From Balanoglossus misakiensis (taxonomy: Eukaryota; Animalia; Hemichordata), in assembly GCA_040954595.2 (NCBI GenBank), contig CM082581.2, positions 10,415,099 through 10,479,098 on the forward strand: 64,000 nucleotides of DNA, in the 5' to 3' direction. Positions 11,524 to 23,300 of the stretch are shown piece by piece. The position numbers and the translations under genes were made by a program. Below the pieces are notes generated by a model. That model was given only the letters and a program-made list of their open reading frames with translations, made no database searches and was not told the DNA's origin. How positions within the stretch are numbered: the first letter of the stretch is position 1; every line of letters starts with the position of its first letter.

Positions 11524-13932
11524 CTTTTGAGATTTCTGTAAGGAAAGATAGAAAATCAGTATAGGGAATATCAGGACAAACCTTAGAAATCTTCAAAGAA
11601 AATCATAGTTGGGGGCATTACTGTTTTTGTATTTCTGAATAACAAAATCGCATAATTGAAACATTTATTCAGCCGTCAACATTACAGTCACGGTCACCTC
11701 AGCAAATCATGCCAGATACCAGCTGCAATAGTTCAAATACTAGTAGGAGCTTGGCGTTGGCGTGCGGCTTTCGTGATGACTCGAGGTTTCGACGAGTTTT
11801 GGATGTTGGAGACCGAGTTGGACCGCAAGCAAAACGTTACAAAGCTTTTTTAATACAGCATGATTCGCCTGCGTTTGCAAGTTGTTGGCTTGTGCCTTTA
11901 TATACAGCACGGGCTCTACATTGCTGCAGTTTTGCAGCCCCTCCGTCTCCCCTAGGGACGAGGGCTCTACACTACAGCTTCGTGCATATAGTCTCCTTGA
12001 ACATCGAGGGAAAGTTCTCATACTCACGACAATCGCTGTCTCCCCGAAAGTGGAGCTCTCTTCTTTAAAAAAATCCACACGAAACAAAGAAAATGGCGAG
12101 CGTGTGTCAGTTGCAGATCACAAGGTACATTTCGGAAACTTTATTTCGTTAGCTGCGCAGCCTTCACGATCACATATTTATCTAGTATATCAATGAATTT
12201 TGTATACATAAACCGAGAGAAAACAGGGTATTCCCATCCTACTTTTTGAGTTAGGGGAGTCTAAAATATTGTGGAAATTTCTGAGTCAGCACTTTTCTTG
12301 CAGGTTCCTATGGTGAAAAGATCTGAACAGTTCTATAAAAAATTCAACCAGGTGACATTAGTGTTTTCTTTATATCAATTATCATTTAATAACTCCTCTT
12401 TTGGCACCTTTTCTGAAAATTTCAAGAATAACAATATTATAACAGTACACTGTTTTCTCAAAATTCTACCTGCAAGGCTATGGAATGTGATAACCATTGC
12501 ACTGCATCTGGTAGTCATACGTGACTGGCTTTCGATATGATAGTGAGATTTGCAATTCGTTACTTGGCGGTTGAACATGTTAAAAGCTCCATCTTGAACA
12601 TGTTGAAGACAATCTCATGATGAAACTTACCTTAAATATCATGCGATCAGGGCCTGACTCACACACAAAATACGCTCATGTATGGCAACAAAAAATCAGC
12701 GACTGGCATTTAAGAAATCGCCACAGCCCACCTTTTGAGTTCCACGTATTATGCAAAGTGAGCATGCGCAATTGAAGTTAATATGTTACAATTAAATTGC
12801 ATTGTGAATCGACTGCACTATGTCACATATACACTGCAAATTGACATTATTATTCCATCGTTGAGATATACTTACGGACTTTGGGGTTCTCATCACTTTT
12901 TCCGCGGCCCAAACTACTCCACAACCTCATAAACTGGAGGCCTCTAAAACTGTGGACACATAAAAGGCTGAGACGCCTGGGGTGTTTTTTTGTTTCACTT
13001 CAGTTCGCATTATTTCAATCAGTCAATCCATATTTAAAATCAAACATTAACTTAAGCAGGCCAGTATGAAATACTGCGATATAGCCTAGATGAAAGTTTT
13101 GGACTGTAGTTGTATTGTGTTAATTTTGGATTACTGTTAATTCAGAAGAATTTCAGTAAATCTGGCCTGTGAGTGTCTCAAAGTAGGAACAACATGTCTT
13201 TCAAGGACTTTATGACATCAAATAATTTTTTATTTCTAAAGGAATATATTGACTTGTAAAGATGTTAATAAAATATACGAACAAACTTTATCTGTGAGTG
13301 GTGTCAATTTCATTGACATGTTTATTGTCTAATTTCTGATATGCAAATATTACAAAAAATCAGAAATATACATTTCAACTGGATAAATGCATTTCTAAAA
13401 ATCTATCCCACTAGTTTTGAACCATGGGAATACATGTACATTTAGAACAGTTCTTTTTATGGTTTTGATCTTGTAAAATTATTGTATTGAAAGTAGATCT
13501 TCATCTCACAAGTTTAAATGTTACATCTGCTAATGGTAGAATTGTTTTCAAATCTAATACACTATATATGTCTACGGTATTTACAAATGTGGTTTTACAA
13601 AAAATGTAGATCCAAAACACACAGAATACCATACTGCCTAATTAAATATTTTAAAGCATTCTGAATCATTTATATTCACAGATTGTGCGTATAGGTGTAA
13701 TAGAAATTCTTCAGAATCATAATGTAAAACCTTCCTGAATTACTGGTAGTTACATTTCCGCAAGTTGAATAAGTTTCTGTTTTGGAATAGATTACAGATA
13801 GTATTCAAAAATCCATTTACACAAGTATACAGTATGACAATAAGAAAATGAGACGATAAAACTTCTTTGTCTCTCAGGATTCTGTGGCAATATATTTCAG
13901 CATGAAAAGCAGTTTTTAAATTGTCTTTACAA

Positions 13933-16548
13933 CTAAGATGAACCCGAACGTTGAATGATTCTTCTTCTGAATTCATTTTTGATAAGATCTGTGCTTTCAG
14001 AGTCGATGTTGACCAGGCGTATTTCCTGCAATGATCTCCGTTCTCCCGGAATGTTCAGAAATTCTGCCACAGCATTGAATATCATCTCGGCACACACAGG
14101 CTTGGGCACACCATAGATTCCAGAACTGACTGCCGGTATTGCTATCGATTTCACTCCCAAAACTTCATCAGCGCACCTTAGACAATTCAGGAATGTCTGT
14201 TGAAGGCAGGCCATACATCTCCCCTTGTCGCGATAATCACTCCATCTTGGTCCAACTGCGTGTATTACATGGCGACATGGTAACATATAACCGCGTGTTG
14301 GTACGACATTGCCGGTCTCTATGGATCCAAAACTTAGTACGAGATCATCACATTTTCTGTCTAACTCTCTTCCTGCTTTGCGTGCAATGGCCAGAGCAAG
14401 TCCACCGATGTGTTGAAGATTTTCATTGGCTGCATTGACTATTGCACCAGTATCTTCTGCTGTCAAATCACCCTTATACACTTTTATTTCTATTCCCATT
14501 GAGGTGATGATCCGAAGTTTACCATGGGTCTCTTCTACAAATCCAGAAATTGTATCAGTGTCTGAACTGGTGCCTGCAGGGTATGATTCCAATTCGCCAC
14601 GGTCACTTGTACCAGGAAAATTTGGGGAAGACCATGTCTTATGTTTTCCATGGCGTCTTCCAATACCTTTGCCCCCTGATGCAGCATGCACTGTATCAGT
14701 TCCCCCCTCCTCCTCATCATCATCACCGTCAGAATCAGATTTCGATGCATCCATACCCAGGAAACGTTTCACTGTGTTCTCTGCGGCTTCAACTTCTTTT
14801 GAACTCTGTGCATAGAATATGATCTGATTTCCTCTCATTGTGGTGAATACACTTGGATGTTTCACCTGAGCTTCACCACCAGCTGCTGCCAGTAGTTTAT
14901 CAGATGTACTTGTCAAGGACCTGTGTTTGATACTGTGATGGTGTTTCCTGTACAAGTCAATCAGTTTGTCTTGTGCTGTTTGCATATCTTTCCTTTGATG
15001 TGAATTCCCAGTGAATTCCATGTGTATCTTACAATCTGCCCCTACAGCTGCTGATTTGTTAATCTTCACATTGTACTCTTTCTCGATCTTTTTTATTTCC
15101 TTACCATGCACATGCCTGATATATGCAAACACATCTGAATTTACAGAGAACTCATTTGATTTCATGTCAACATCCTTGGTGTCAAACTTTGACTCATATT
15201 CAGTTGTTGGGCCTCCACTTTCGATTGGTGATTTACTTCTATAACTACCAAAACGTGCGGGTTTACTTGTGGTGCGTCCATAGGCCGTAGATTTTGTATC
15301 GGATGAACTTCTGTGTTTGGGAGTCATCTCTGCTTCCTCAGCAGTTGTTGGGCGTCCACTTTCGATTGGTGATTTACTTCTATAACTACCAACACGTGTG
15401 GGCTTATGTGTTTTACTTGTGCTGCGTCCATAGGTCGTAGATTTTGTATCGGATGAACTTCTGTGTTTGTGGGTCATCTCTGCTTCCTCAGCTTTTTGAC
15501 TGAGGTAGTGCTCTACCATGAACTCTTCAAGATATTCTTGGGCTTTCTTGAATGCTAGGTAATTGTCACTGCTGATACCAATTCCGGAACCTTCAGATGA
15601 ACAGCTCACACCTGTTTTTTCTAATGATTTAATCAGATCTATTTTACCACCAGAAATCCCTTCTAAGCATTTCAAGAATTGGCTTGGTATTGTTCCTTGT
15701 AGATCTACCAGAGGCTGAAGAAGAATTAAGATCGGTTCAAGATGATAAAAACTTAGGCAAAAATTTTAAATATCAGAGATTATCAAGACCATGCACATTT
15801 GGTAATATACTTTGCATATGAATATCAGAATATTTAGTTTTCATAAAAAGAGTCAGCACATACCTCTGGTGGTTTTCGGTACACAGTAACTTCACTGCCA
15901 TTGACTTTAAAAGTTTTCAACCGACGCATTTTATCAGCAGCTGCCATTAAAAGAAAAAAAAATTAAGAATGAAAACAAAATAATCAAGATCAACTCCTTG
16001 ACAGGATTATTTATATATCCAAAATTATGTTTAGATTCTGTTATGGAGGGTAACTATAAGAATCATGCTATTTCTTGCTGTTCAGAATTTGATGATGACA
16101 TGTTCAATGATATGTCAGTTTTCACAAAAAATTGCGACTGTTGTTTTATTCAAATGTCAATTAATATCTGAGGAAGTTACTAGGGGTGCATAGTCTTGTC
16201 TTCTTCTCAGAGATATTAAATAGCAATTTGGTATTTTTTGAGAATCATACTTTGTTAAACACAGTTACTGCTGTCATAATCTTATCACATGACAAGGCCA
16301 TGTCAGCCAATCAGAGACCTGGATTGCCCTGGATTATAACTCATCCCACTATACAGGTACTCAATATACTCACCCTCTTTGTTTGAAAATGTTGCTATGG
16401 CAACATCTGTTCTTCTGGAAGATATTGGAAATGTAACATCAACAAGTTTTTCACTCATGGAAGATTGCAAGGCATCTGCGATGTCATTTTTGTGTGCACC
16501 GGATTTTAAACCTGTCACAACAATGCTGCTTTCGTCTGAGTAACTCAT
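13933..16548 (-). CDS. Copy B: RRM-like + KH-like + single macrodomain protein (PARP9/PARP14 macro1-like, putative ADP-ribosyl hydrolase), 677 aa, no ART or RING domain
   Basis: Exons 16548-16374, 15940-15864, 15714-13933, GT-AG and in phase (2034 nt). N-terminus SSIVVTGL..AIATFSNKEAADKM..FKVNGSEVTV is RRM-like; FAYIRHVHGKEIKKIEKEYNVKI is KH-like as in DTX3L/PARP14. Macro motifs: KGDLT, AIVNAANENLQHIGGLALAI, VIHAVGP, SIAIPAVSSGIYG, EIRLVNID. Confidence 0.88.
15201..15492. repeat. Two diverged coding tandem repeats (141 and 150 bp) in copy B
   Basis: AEEAEMTHKHRSSSDTKSTTYGRSTSKTHKPTRVGSYRSKSPIESGRPTT followed by AEEAEMTPKHRSSSDTKSTAYGRTTSKPARFGSYRSKSPIESGGPTT. Confidence 0.9.
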
Positions 16549-16899
16549 CTTTTTGAGATTTCTGTAAGTGAGAACTGACCGATGTTTACTTAATCCACTA
16601 AATCCGTGGATGGGGCACAAAGATTAAGTCGTTAGCAGGTGCTTAATGGGAAATGCGATAGCTTGTATTCTGGATTAGCAACTGATAAGACAGGTGGAGG
16701 TAACACAGAAAAATAAACAAGCACAAAGACTGTTCATCAAGTAATGTTTATTGGGGGGGGGGGGGATGCAGGAACTCCGCCATTTATAACTTTCATGTTT
16801 GCAGCCCCCTGTGGTTGGAGACCGAGTTGGACCGCAAGCAAAACGTTACAAAGCTTTTTTAATACAGCATGATTCGCCTGCGTTTGCAAGTTGTTGGCT

Positions 16900-17385
16900 T
16901 GTGCCTTTATATACAGCACGGGCTCTACATTGCTGCAGTTTTGCAGCCCCTCCGTCTCCCCTAGGGACGAGGGCTCTACACTACAGCTTCGTGCATAGTC
17001 TCCTTGAACATCGAGGGAAAGTTCTCATACTCACGACAATCGCTGTCTCCCCGAAAGTGGAGCTCTCTTCTTAAAAAGATTCCACACGAAACTAAAGAAA
17101 ATGGCGAGCGTGTGTCCGTTGCAGATCACAAGGTACATTTCGGAAACTTTATTTCGTTAGCTGCGCAGCCTTCACGATCACATATATATTTTGGGGGAAT
17201 CCCCGGTCCAATTATGCAATTTCATTGGATCCCTCGCAAGCTTGTTGATGACGTCATTTCACGTTGACCAATAGCAGGAGACCAGACACTGGGGATTTCC
17301 CAGAACCAGGAAGTAGCTTCAACTCAGAAGGTGTGTGACTTGTGCCGTATATTCCGACGTACGTAGCTTCGCTACCGAGGCCATT
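16900..17385. promoter_or_regulatory. Bidirectional promoter between the macrodomain gene (-) and the PARP14-like gene (+), with NF-kB/STAT/CRE/CCAAT/ETS motifs
   Basis: TATATAAA on - at 16906-16913; GGGAAAGTTC 17015-17024; TTTCGGAAA 17138-17146; GGGGAATCCCC 17194-17204; TGACGTCA 17249-17256; CCAAT 17268-17272; GGGGATTTCCC 17291-17301 overlapping TTCCCAGAA 17297-17305; CAGGAAGT 17307-17314. CpG-rich. Confidence 0.7.
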
Positions 17386-20300
17386 ATGGCCCTGGCGAAG
17401 AATTCGGTGTTAGTTTACGGTATACCGAAAGAAGTAGGCATAGAAACGGCCAAATCGAAGTTAACGATTTACTTCCAAAAGAAGCAGATATCGGGAGGAG
17501 ATGACGTCGCTTTCGTTGAGGCAGTGGAAGAGATTGATCTGACAAGAAGTGTGGACAAAATAGACGAATCTCGTGCTTTCATCGTCGTATTTAAAGCTTG
17601 CAAAGGTAATTATGATATCCGGAACAACATTCAAACACTTTACATACAATAATTTCAAATGGCTGGTCAAAGTAAGGACCACTAATTTTTACTATCAATT
17701 CAGACTAGTAGAAACGCATTGATAAATGTTGTCGCGGATCTGTTGTGTTGGGGTGGGCCCACTGTGCAACTAAAGGAAAACAACCCATCTGGGGAGTAGG
17801 AGGGATCCGTAGCATGCATACTACACAATGCAGGAATCAAACTGACTGCGAATCAGGCTTCAGTCAGTTTGATTCCTGCGCCCCACGTGACACAATGTAC
17901 CATATTTTTGTCATCAAAATTATGTATGTGAGAAGCATCCCTTGATGCAGCCTCCTTGACAACACGCAGCACATATCAAGCAACACTGCAAGTATAACAC
18001 AACAACCCCCAAACACAACAGCATCTATAAACATACAATTTACAAACAAGACAAGTTAAACAAAATGATAATCAACATTTTAAAAAAGCCATGATTGTTT
18101 TTATAGGAGCAGCGGCTACTGCCCTTTGTGCAGAACCAAAAGAACACAAAATCAAATTCAGATTTGAAGAGGGGAAGAGGAAAGTCCAACTTAATATACA
18201 GTCATGTCCGTCGGAATTGGAGGCAGCCATTTTCAAAAAGAAGAGTAATGACCCCAACATTCACAACCATGCAAATGAGGTAAGATATATCTAGCATATT
18301 TCAAAACAGGACTTTGACCAAATGTACGTCCACCCCCTAACACAACCTGAACAAACATAGACGTATAGCTTCTGGCTTAATTACAATGGCGCAGGGATTT
18401 TGCTGTTCTCATTCTGCTGCTCTTTTCGCAACAAAACGGCGACACCATGTAGACCCAACCAAAAATGGAAGCTATGTCTACATATTAATGCTCTCAAAAC
18501 AAAAGGTGGTCAAATTTAGACAACGCCTAATACATGGAACCCAAAGTACATTTTTACTGGTAATGGTTAAACGTCAATGCAAGATCTTTAAACTGATAAC
18601 ATATGTAGGGCATTCGAATTATTAACGATAAGAAAAGTACCATTATAATGCAGTAACTATTCTTGTTGAATGTGAGGTAAAAAGAAAGAAATTGTGCTTG
18701 GGTGAATAAACTATTTTATGCTACGTGAGTTGAGATTAAAGGGTTAGTAGGTCATCTTTTTGTCAACAGTGTGCATATCTTGCATTTAATGCCACATACC
18801 ACAATCAAATTCTTCTGGGTATTTGGATTTGAGTCAAATTCAAAGAAATGTATTTCAGCGAAACATGGGCCAGGAATCCCATATCACATAGTCCATGACA
18901 CTACCATGACTCATGAAGGTCACAGAATTCGTAGAATCTGAAATGAAAGTGATGTACAATACCTACCAGTGCAGTGCTTTCTGTTTATTTTGGTTGCTGC
19001 CTGCAATCTACTGTATTTCAATAATAATCTTAGTCTAGCAGTATGTTCATAATCAATGCATTTCTTTTTTGTGTTTTTTTTTATGGTGCATTTACCATTT
19101 TGCCTAATTCTGGCTTCTTTCATTTCATTTTGTTGAAAGATAGTCCCTCAGTGCTACGCTGTACTAGTGGATCAAAACAAACCAGTTTTAAAAAAACGAC
19201 ATCAAAATTTGATTTTTATGAGTACATGTATAATCACTAATAGTCATTCATATGTTTCGACTATAATGCATCTTCAGTTTCTTTTTTATTTTCGGTTAAA
19301 TTTGGGTGGGTGTGTGCATTTTCCTTTGTACACTTCTAGGAACCACGAAAATGAAAGTAAAAACAGTTATTATAAAAAATTGTTTTGCAAAGTTAGAAAA
19401 AAAATGTAGACAGTGTAGAAGATATTAAAGTTTTCCTGTTTTCTAAATAAACTGTATCAAAAATAATGGAGAGTTTATTTCTCACATTTGAATAGTCTTA
19501 ATCAAGTTCTCAGTACAGGGAGTATCTGGTAAATATTATTTGTAGAATTTTTTAAAAGTTAATGTGGACTATTTTGATAGAAAATAGATAATTATAAGAA
19601 GCTATGTTGCATGTTAAACGGTGGAGATCATGCCAGAATGTTGATAATTTGGTCTAATTACGGTCTATCGTGAATTGTTAAATTTCAGGAGAAACATGAT
19701 GCAACTGGTGAAGTGACAGGAACAGCAAAACAGAATTTATTGTTGGGAAATAAGCAAGTCATGTCGCAAAACTTTGCAGATCAACCAACCAATCATCCCG
19801 TTGCTGCATTTAGTCATGAACCAGCGAAGCCCCCCATTGGTTTATCTGCCGGCTTGACAATGACTCAGCCAAAGAACCAGCCAATGGGCCCTGCACCACC
19901 TGGTTTTACAACAGGTGACATAGGAAGTTATTCATTGTTTCCTGAAACCCAAACCCAAAGTGTGGATCAACTGGGTCTTCGACATCTGTGGGAGTCTAAC
20001 ATGCCCCAGGACCAGAGTTTGTATAATAAAACATCAGCTTTGACCAATCAAGAAAAGCAACATCCACAAGGAGATCTTGCTCCCCAAATGGACAGGGCAC
20101 CTGGGTCTAGAATGGCAATGCGTTTTCCCGGTGGTGCCGTGAGGCAACCACAGTGTGGAACAGAGGTGGAAAGTTATTCTGAGCAAAAACCAGTCGACTT
20201 GATCCAGTCCACTCAACAGGCCATGGGCTACGGTCATTTCAGTGCTGCTGGGCAGTCGCAATATGAAACCAAGCATGGGGTTTTGAAGACTGTACAGCAA

Positions 20301-23300
20301 CAGGAACGTGTGACTGGGCCAGATAAGCGACTACAACTAGTTCAAGATGGAGGTCATCTGGAAACGCGTTCACAGTTTGATGGAAAACAGCTTCCCACAC
20401 CACCGCAACTTCAAGGACAAGGTCATCGTGTGCCACACCCACACACTGTCCAGAAGCCAATTCCACTACAAGTTCAAAGAGAAGGTCCTCCAATGATACA
20501 TCCACAAGGTGCTTACAAACAGCATCCATTTCCACAACTGAACCAAGAACAAGTTCAACTGATGGCACCACAAGAACCTCGGCAGTTTCCAGTCGTTCAA
20601 CAGCAACAGAACCTAGACATGCAGACCCTGACAGGAATGCAGCCACCATTACTGGATGCTGCAGCGGGGGTCAATCCTGTAATGCTGCAGTTCATGAAGA
20701 GTCTATCTGTTGAACAGCAGCAACTGTTTCTACAAGCTTCTGTTGCTGCTAAGGTACCATCATCAGGAACTGACAGCCCATCCCTGGATTCTATCAACCA
20801 AGCCCACGTCCAGATGCTTGGGGGTGTGCGACAGCCTGAGTTACCGATCCCAAGGGGTGTTGCTGGTCCATATGGTAAAACTCAACAAGCCTATCAACGG
20901 CAGCCGAACCAGCAGTTTGTCATGGGAACACAACAGCCTGAAACACTGAGACATACTCCACAAACCACACAAGGTAAAAATTTGTTTGTGATTCTATACT
21001 CAAACGAGAGAGCAATATGCTACTGTGGTTTCCAAGCCATTTAATCATTTCCCAAATTTCAGCAAAACGTTTCTTCCATTCACAGAGCTGACTGAAGACA
21101 CGGCAGATGAAGAAGATAGCTGCACTGTTGAAGTAACTGGGTTTGGAACTATCAGGCCAGATATGTTGAAAGTGTACTTTGAAACTGAACATCGATCCGG
21201 AGGGGGAAGTGTCTCCAACTGTGAAATGAAGAGTGAAGATGTCATGGTCATCACATTTGAAAGTCCGGATGGTGAGCATTGCGGGAAAACATTTGTATTG
21301 TATATAAATTATATTAACTAACAGAGTCAAATTATTTCACTGATATTTGGTGACTTTTTCATTATATCTGTCTTGATATTTAAATAAGACCATTTTTATT
21401 AACAGATATTATTGCAAAACTGCACAAAAAGTAATTGGTTGAAAGATGCTTGCTTCATAAACTATACACTGAAGGAAGTGTTTTGGTCTTGTACGACTTT
21501 AACATAGAATGGACTTTATTTTATTCCATCAGTGGCTAATCGTGTTGTTCAGAAGGAACACATCATGGGCACCAAGACATTGGTGCTGAAGAAAGTCGCC
21601 GTTCCAAGGACATTTGAGGAAAGTGCAGGAATTATATCCAGCAGTGATGAAGGTAGGTATAGTCGGGTTCATAGTAACCACCTCCATTTTATGAAGCAAG
21701 TTACAACTTGTGCATGGAGAAGGAGACTATCCATTATGTTACATGTTGTATTCAGAAAGATAGTTAGTACATAATCTGTTTTTCCCATGGTCTAAATTGC
21801 ATCTCAGAAATGGCAAGTGAAGAAGATGAACCATTGAATGATGCGGTTGAAGTGACAGGAATGGATTGGGGCAAAAATAGTCTTGAAGTCCTCCAACTTT
21901 ACTTTGAAAGCAAACGAGCTCGTGGAGGTCCTGTCAAAAGTACCCAAGTATTGGCTGATGGCAAGAAGCTTCTCATTACATTTGAAGATCCTGAAGGTAT
22001 TTTTTTTATATTGATTCGGAAAGTAAAGCAGTTAAAGTTAGAATTGACTGCTATATCTTGTTATAATCATTGAAAAGGGATCTGATATTTTGTTATGTGA
22101 TGATGTAAATTGTACCAGATGTGACAGCTGGTTAATTAACGACAGTCTTTTGACATTATTTGACCTTGAAAGTTTATTGGTTTGTATTTACCTGGTCACA
22201 ACATGGCTGCTTCCTTGTTATATTCACCTACATTAGAAATGGGAGCAACAGTGCCCTTGGTGCTATTTTTCTGTCTCCTCTGACTTTTGAAACTCGCGAA
22301 TGTAAATCTGATGTGTGATAGAAAAAAGAGTAATAAAGTTTAATTGAATTCTCACAGTTGTGCCCAGGGTTCTGGAACATTCCCACAAATGCCAAGGTGT
22401 GGTGCTGACAGTCTCATTACCCGTACAGAAGAAGAGACGTCCCATGCTCCCCAGAGACAAGAAAGCAGTCCTACTGAAAGGGGTGTCCGACACCACAAAC
22501 AGAGAGACAATCGAATTGTTCATGGAGAACTGTACTGGTATAGAAGAAAAGCCTGCCTTGTTTTCTGGTGACCAATCCGGTGTTGTACTACTCAGATATT
22601 CCCAAAGTATCCCAAGTAAGTACTACACAGTTCGAAGTATTGTTCGAAGATTAGCTGCAGGAATATGCCACAAAATGAATCCCAGTGGTGGAGGCTAAAT
22701 GCCATTAAGAAAACCACCCCTTTAATAAAAGTTAGGTTTTAAAGCAATTAACTTTACTCTTACTTACAGATTTTGACAGAGTTATCCAAAAGGTTGCCAA
22801 GAAAAAATTAAACAAAGTGAATATATCAGCAGAGGCAGTGTACATGACTGACTCCATTCTGGTCCAGAAAATACCACGTAATGTGTTGGAAGATACAATA
22901 TGTTTGTATTTTGAAAGTAGACGAAGTGGTGGAGGTGATGTGGAAGATATCGTATTTGATAAAGAGAAGAAGTTGGCCGTGGTTTGTTTCAAGGATTACA
23001 AAGGTACAGTGTCACTTTGTGTCATCTCAGTATTGTGTCCTATTGAAGGTATTTTAGATCTCTAACAAGTCTGTCTGTTTTGTTCAAACAAAATGACATT
23101 ATTGTTCTGTTTGAATTGTCATCTCTTTAATAGTCATCAACACAGTTCTGCAGAAAAGTCATATCTTGAACAATGTCCAGCTGGATGTGCAGCCATACCA
23201 TGAATGCCTTGGACACGAATGCATCGAGGACAGTGACAGAGAAACATCTCAGTTGCCTAGCAACAGACAGCCACCTGACCAATCAAAAGAGGCACATAAG

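Larger units (their letters stand above)
8186..17186. repeat. Direct tandem segmental duplication of a ~4-kb unit (copy A ~8186-12178; copy B ~13072-17186) with a ~0.9-kb unique spacer
   Basis: Long near-identical blocks across 3'UTR, exons, introns and promoter, e.g. 8400-9040 vs 13300-13940, 10690-11540 vs 15745-16570, 11805-12178 vs 16814-17186. Edges are approximate. Confidence 0.95.

Noticed and set aside
11656-12196. Overlapping 65-119 aa ORFs in the duplicated promoter
   Set aside because: Indels between the two copies break the frames; this is CpG-rich regulatory DNA rather than coding sequence.
12190-13070. Unique spacer between the duplicates as a possible transposon or gene
   Set aside because: No TIR/TSD or recognisable coding motif; ORFs are short and AT-rich.
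13933-16548. Naming copy B as PARP9 or DTX3L
   Set aside because: It has one macrodomain, no ART domain and no RING/DTC domain, so orthology cannot be assigned without a phylogeny.
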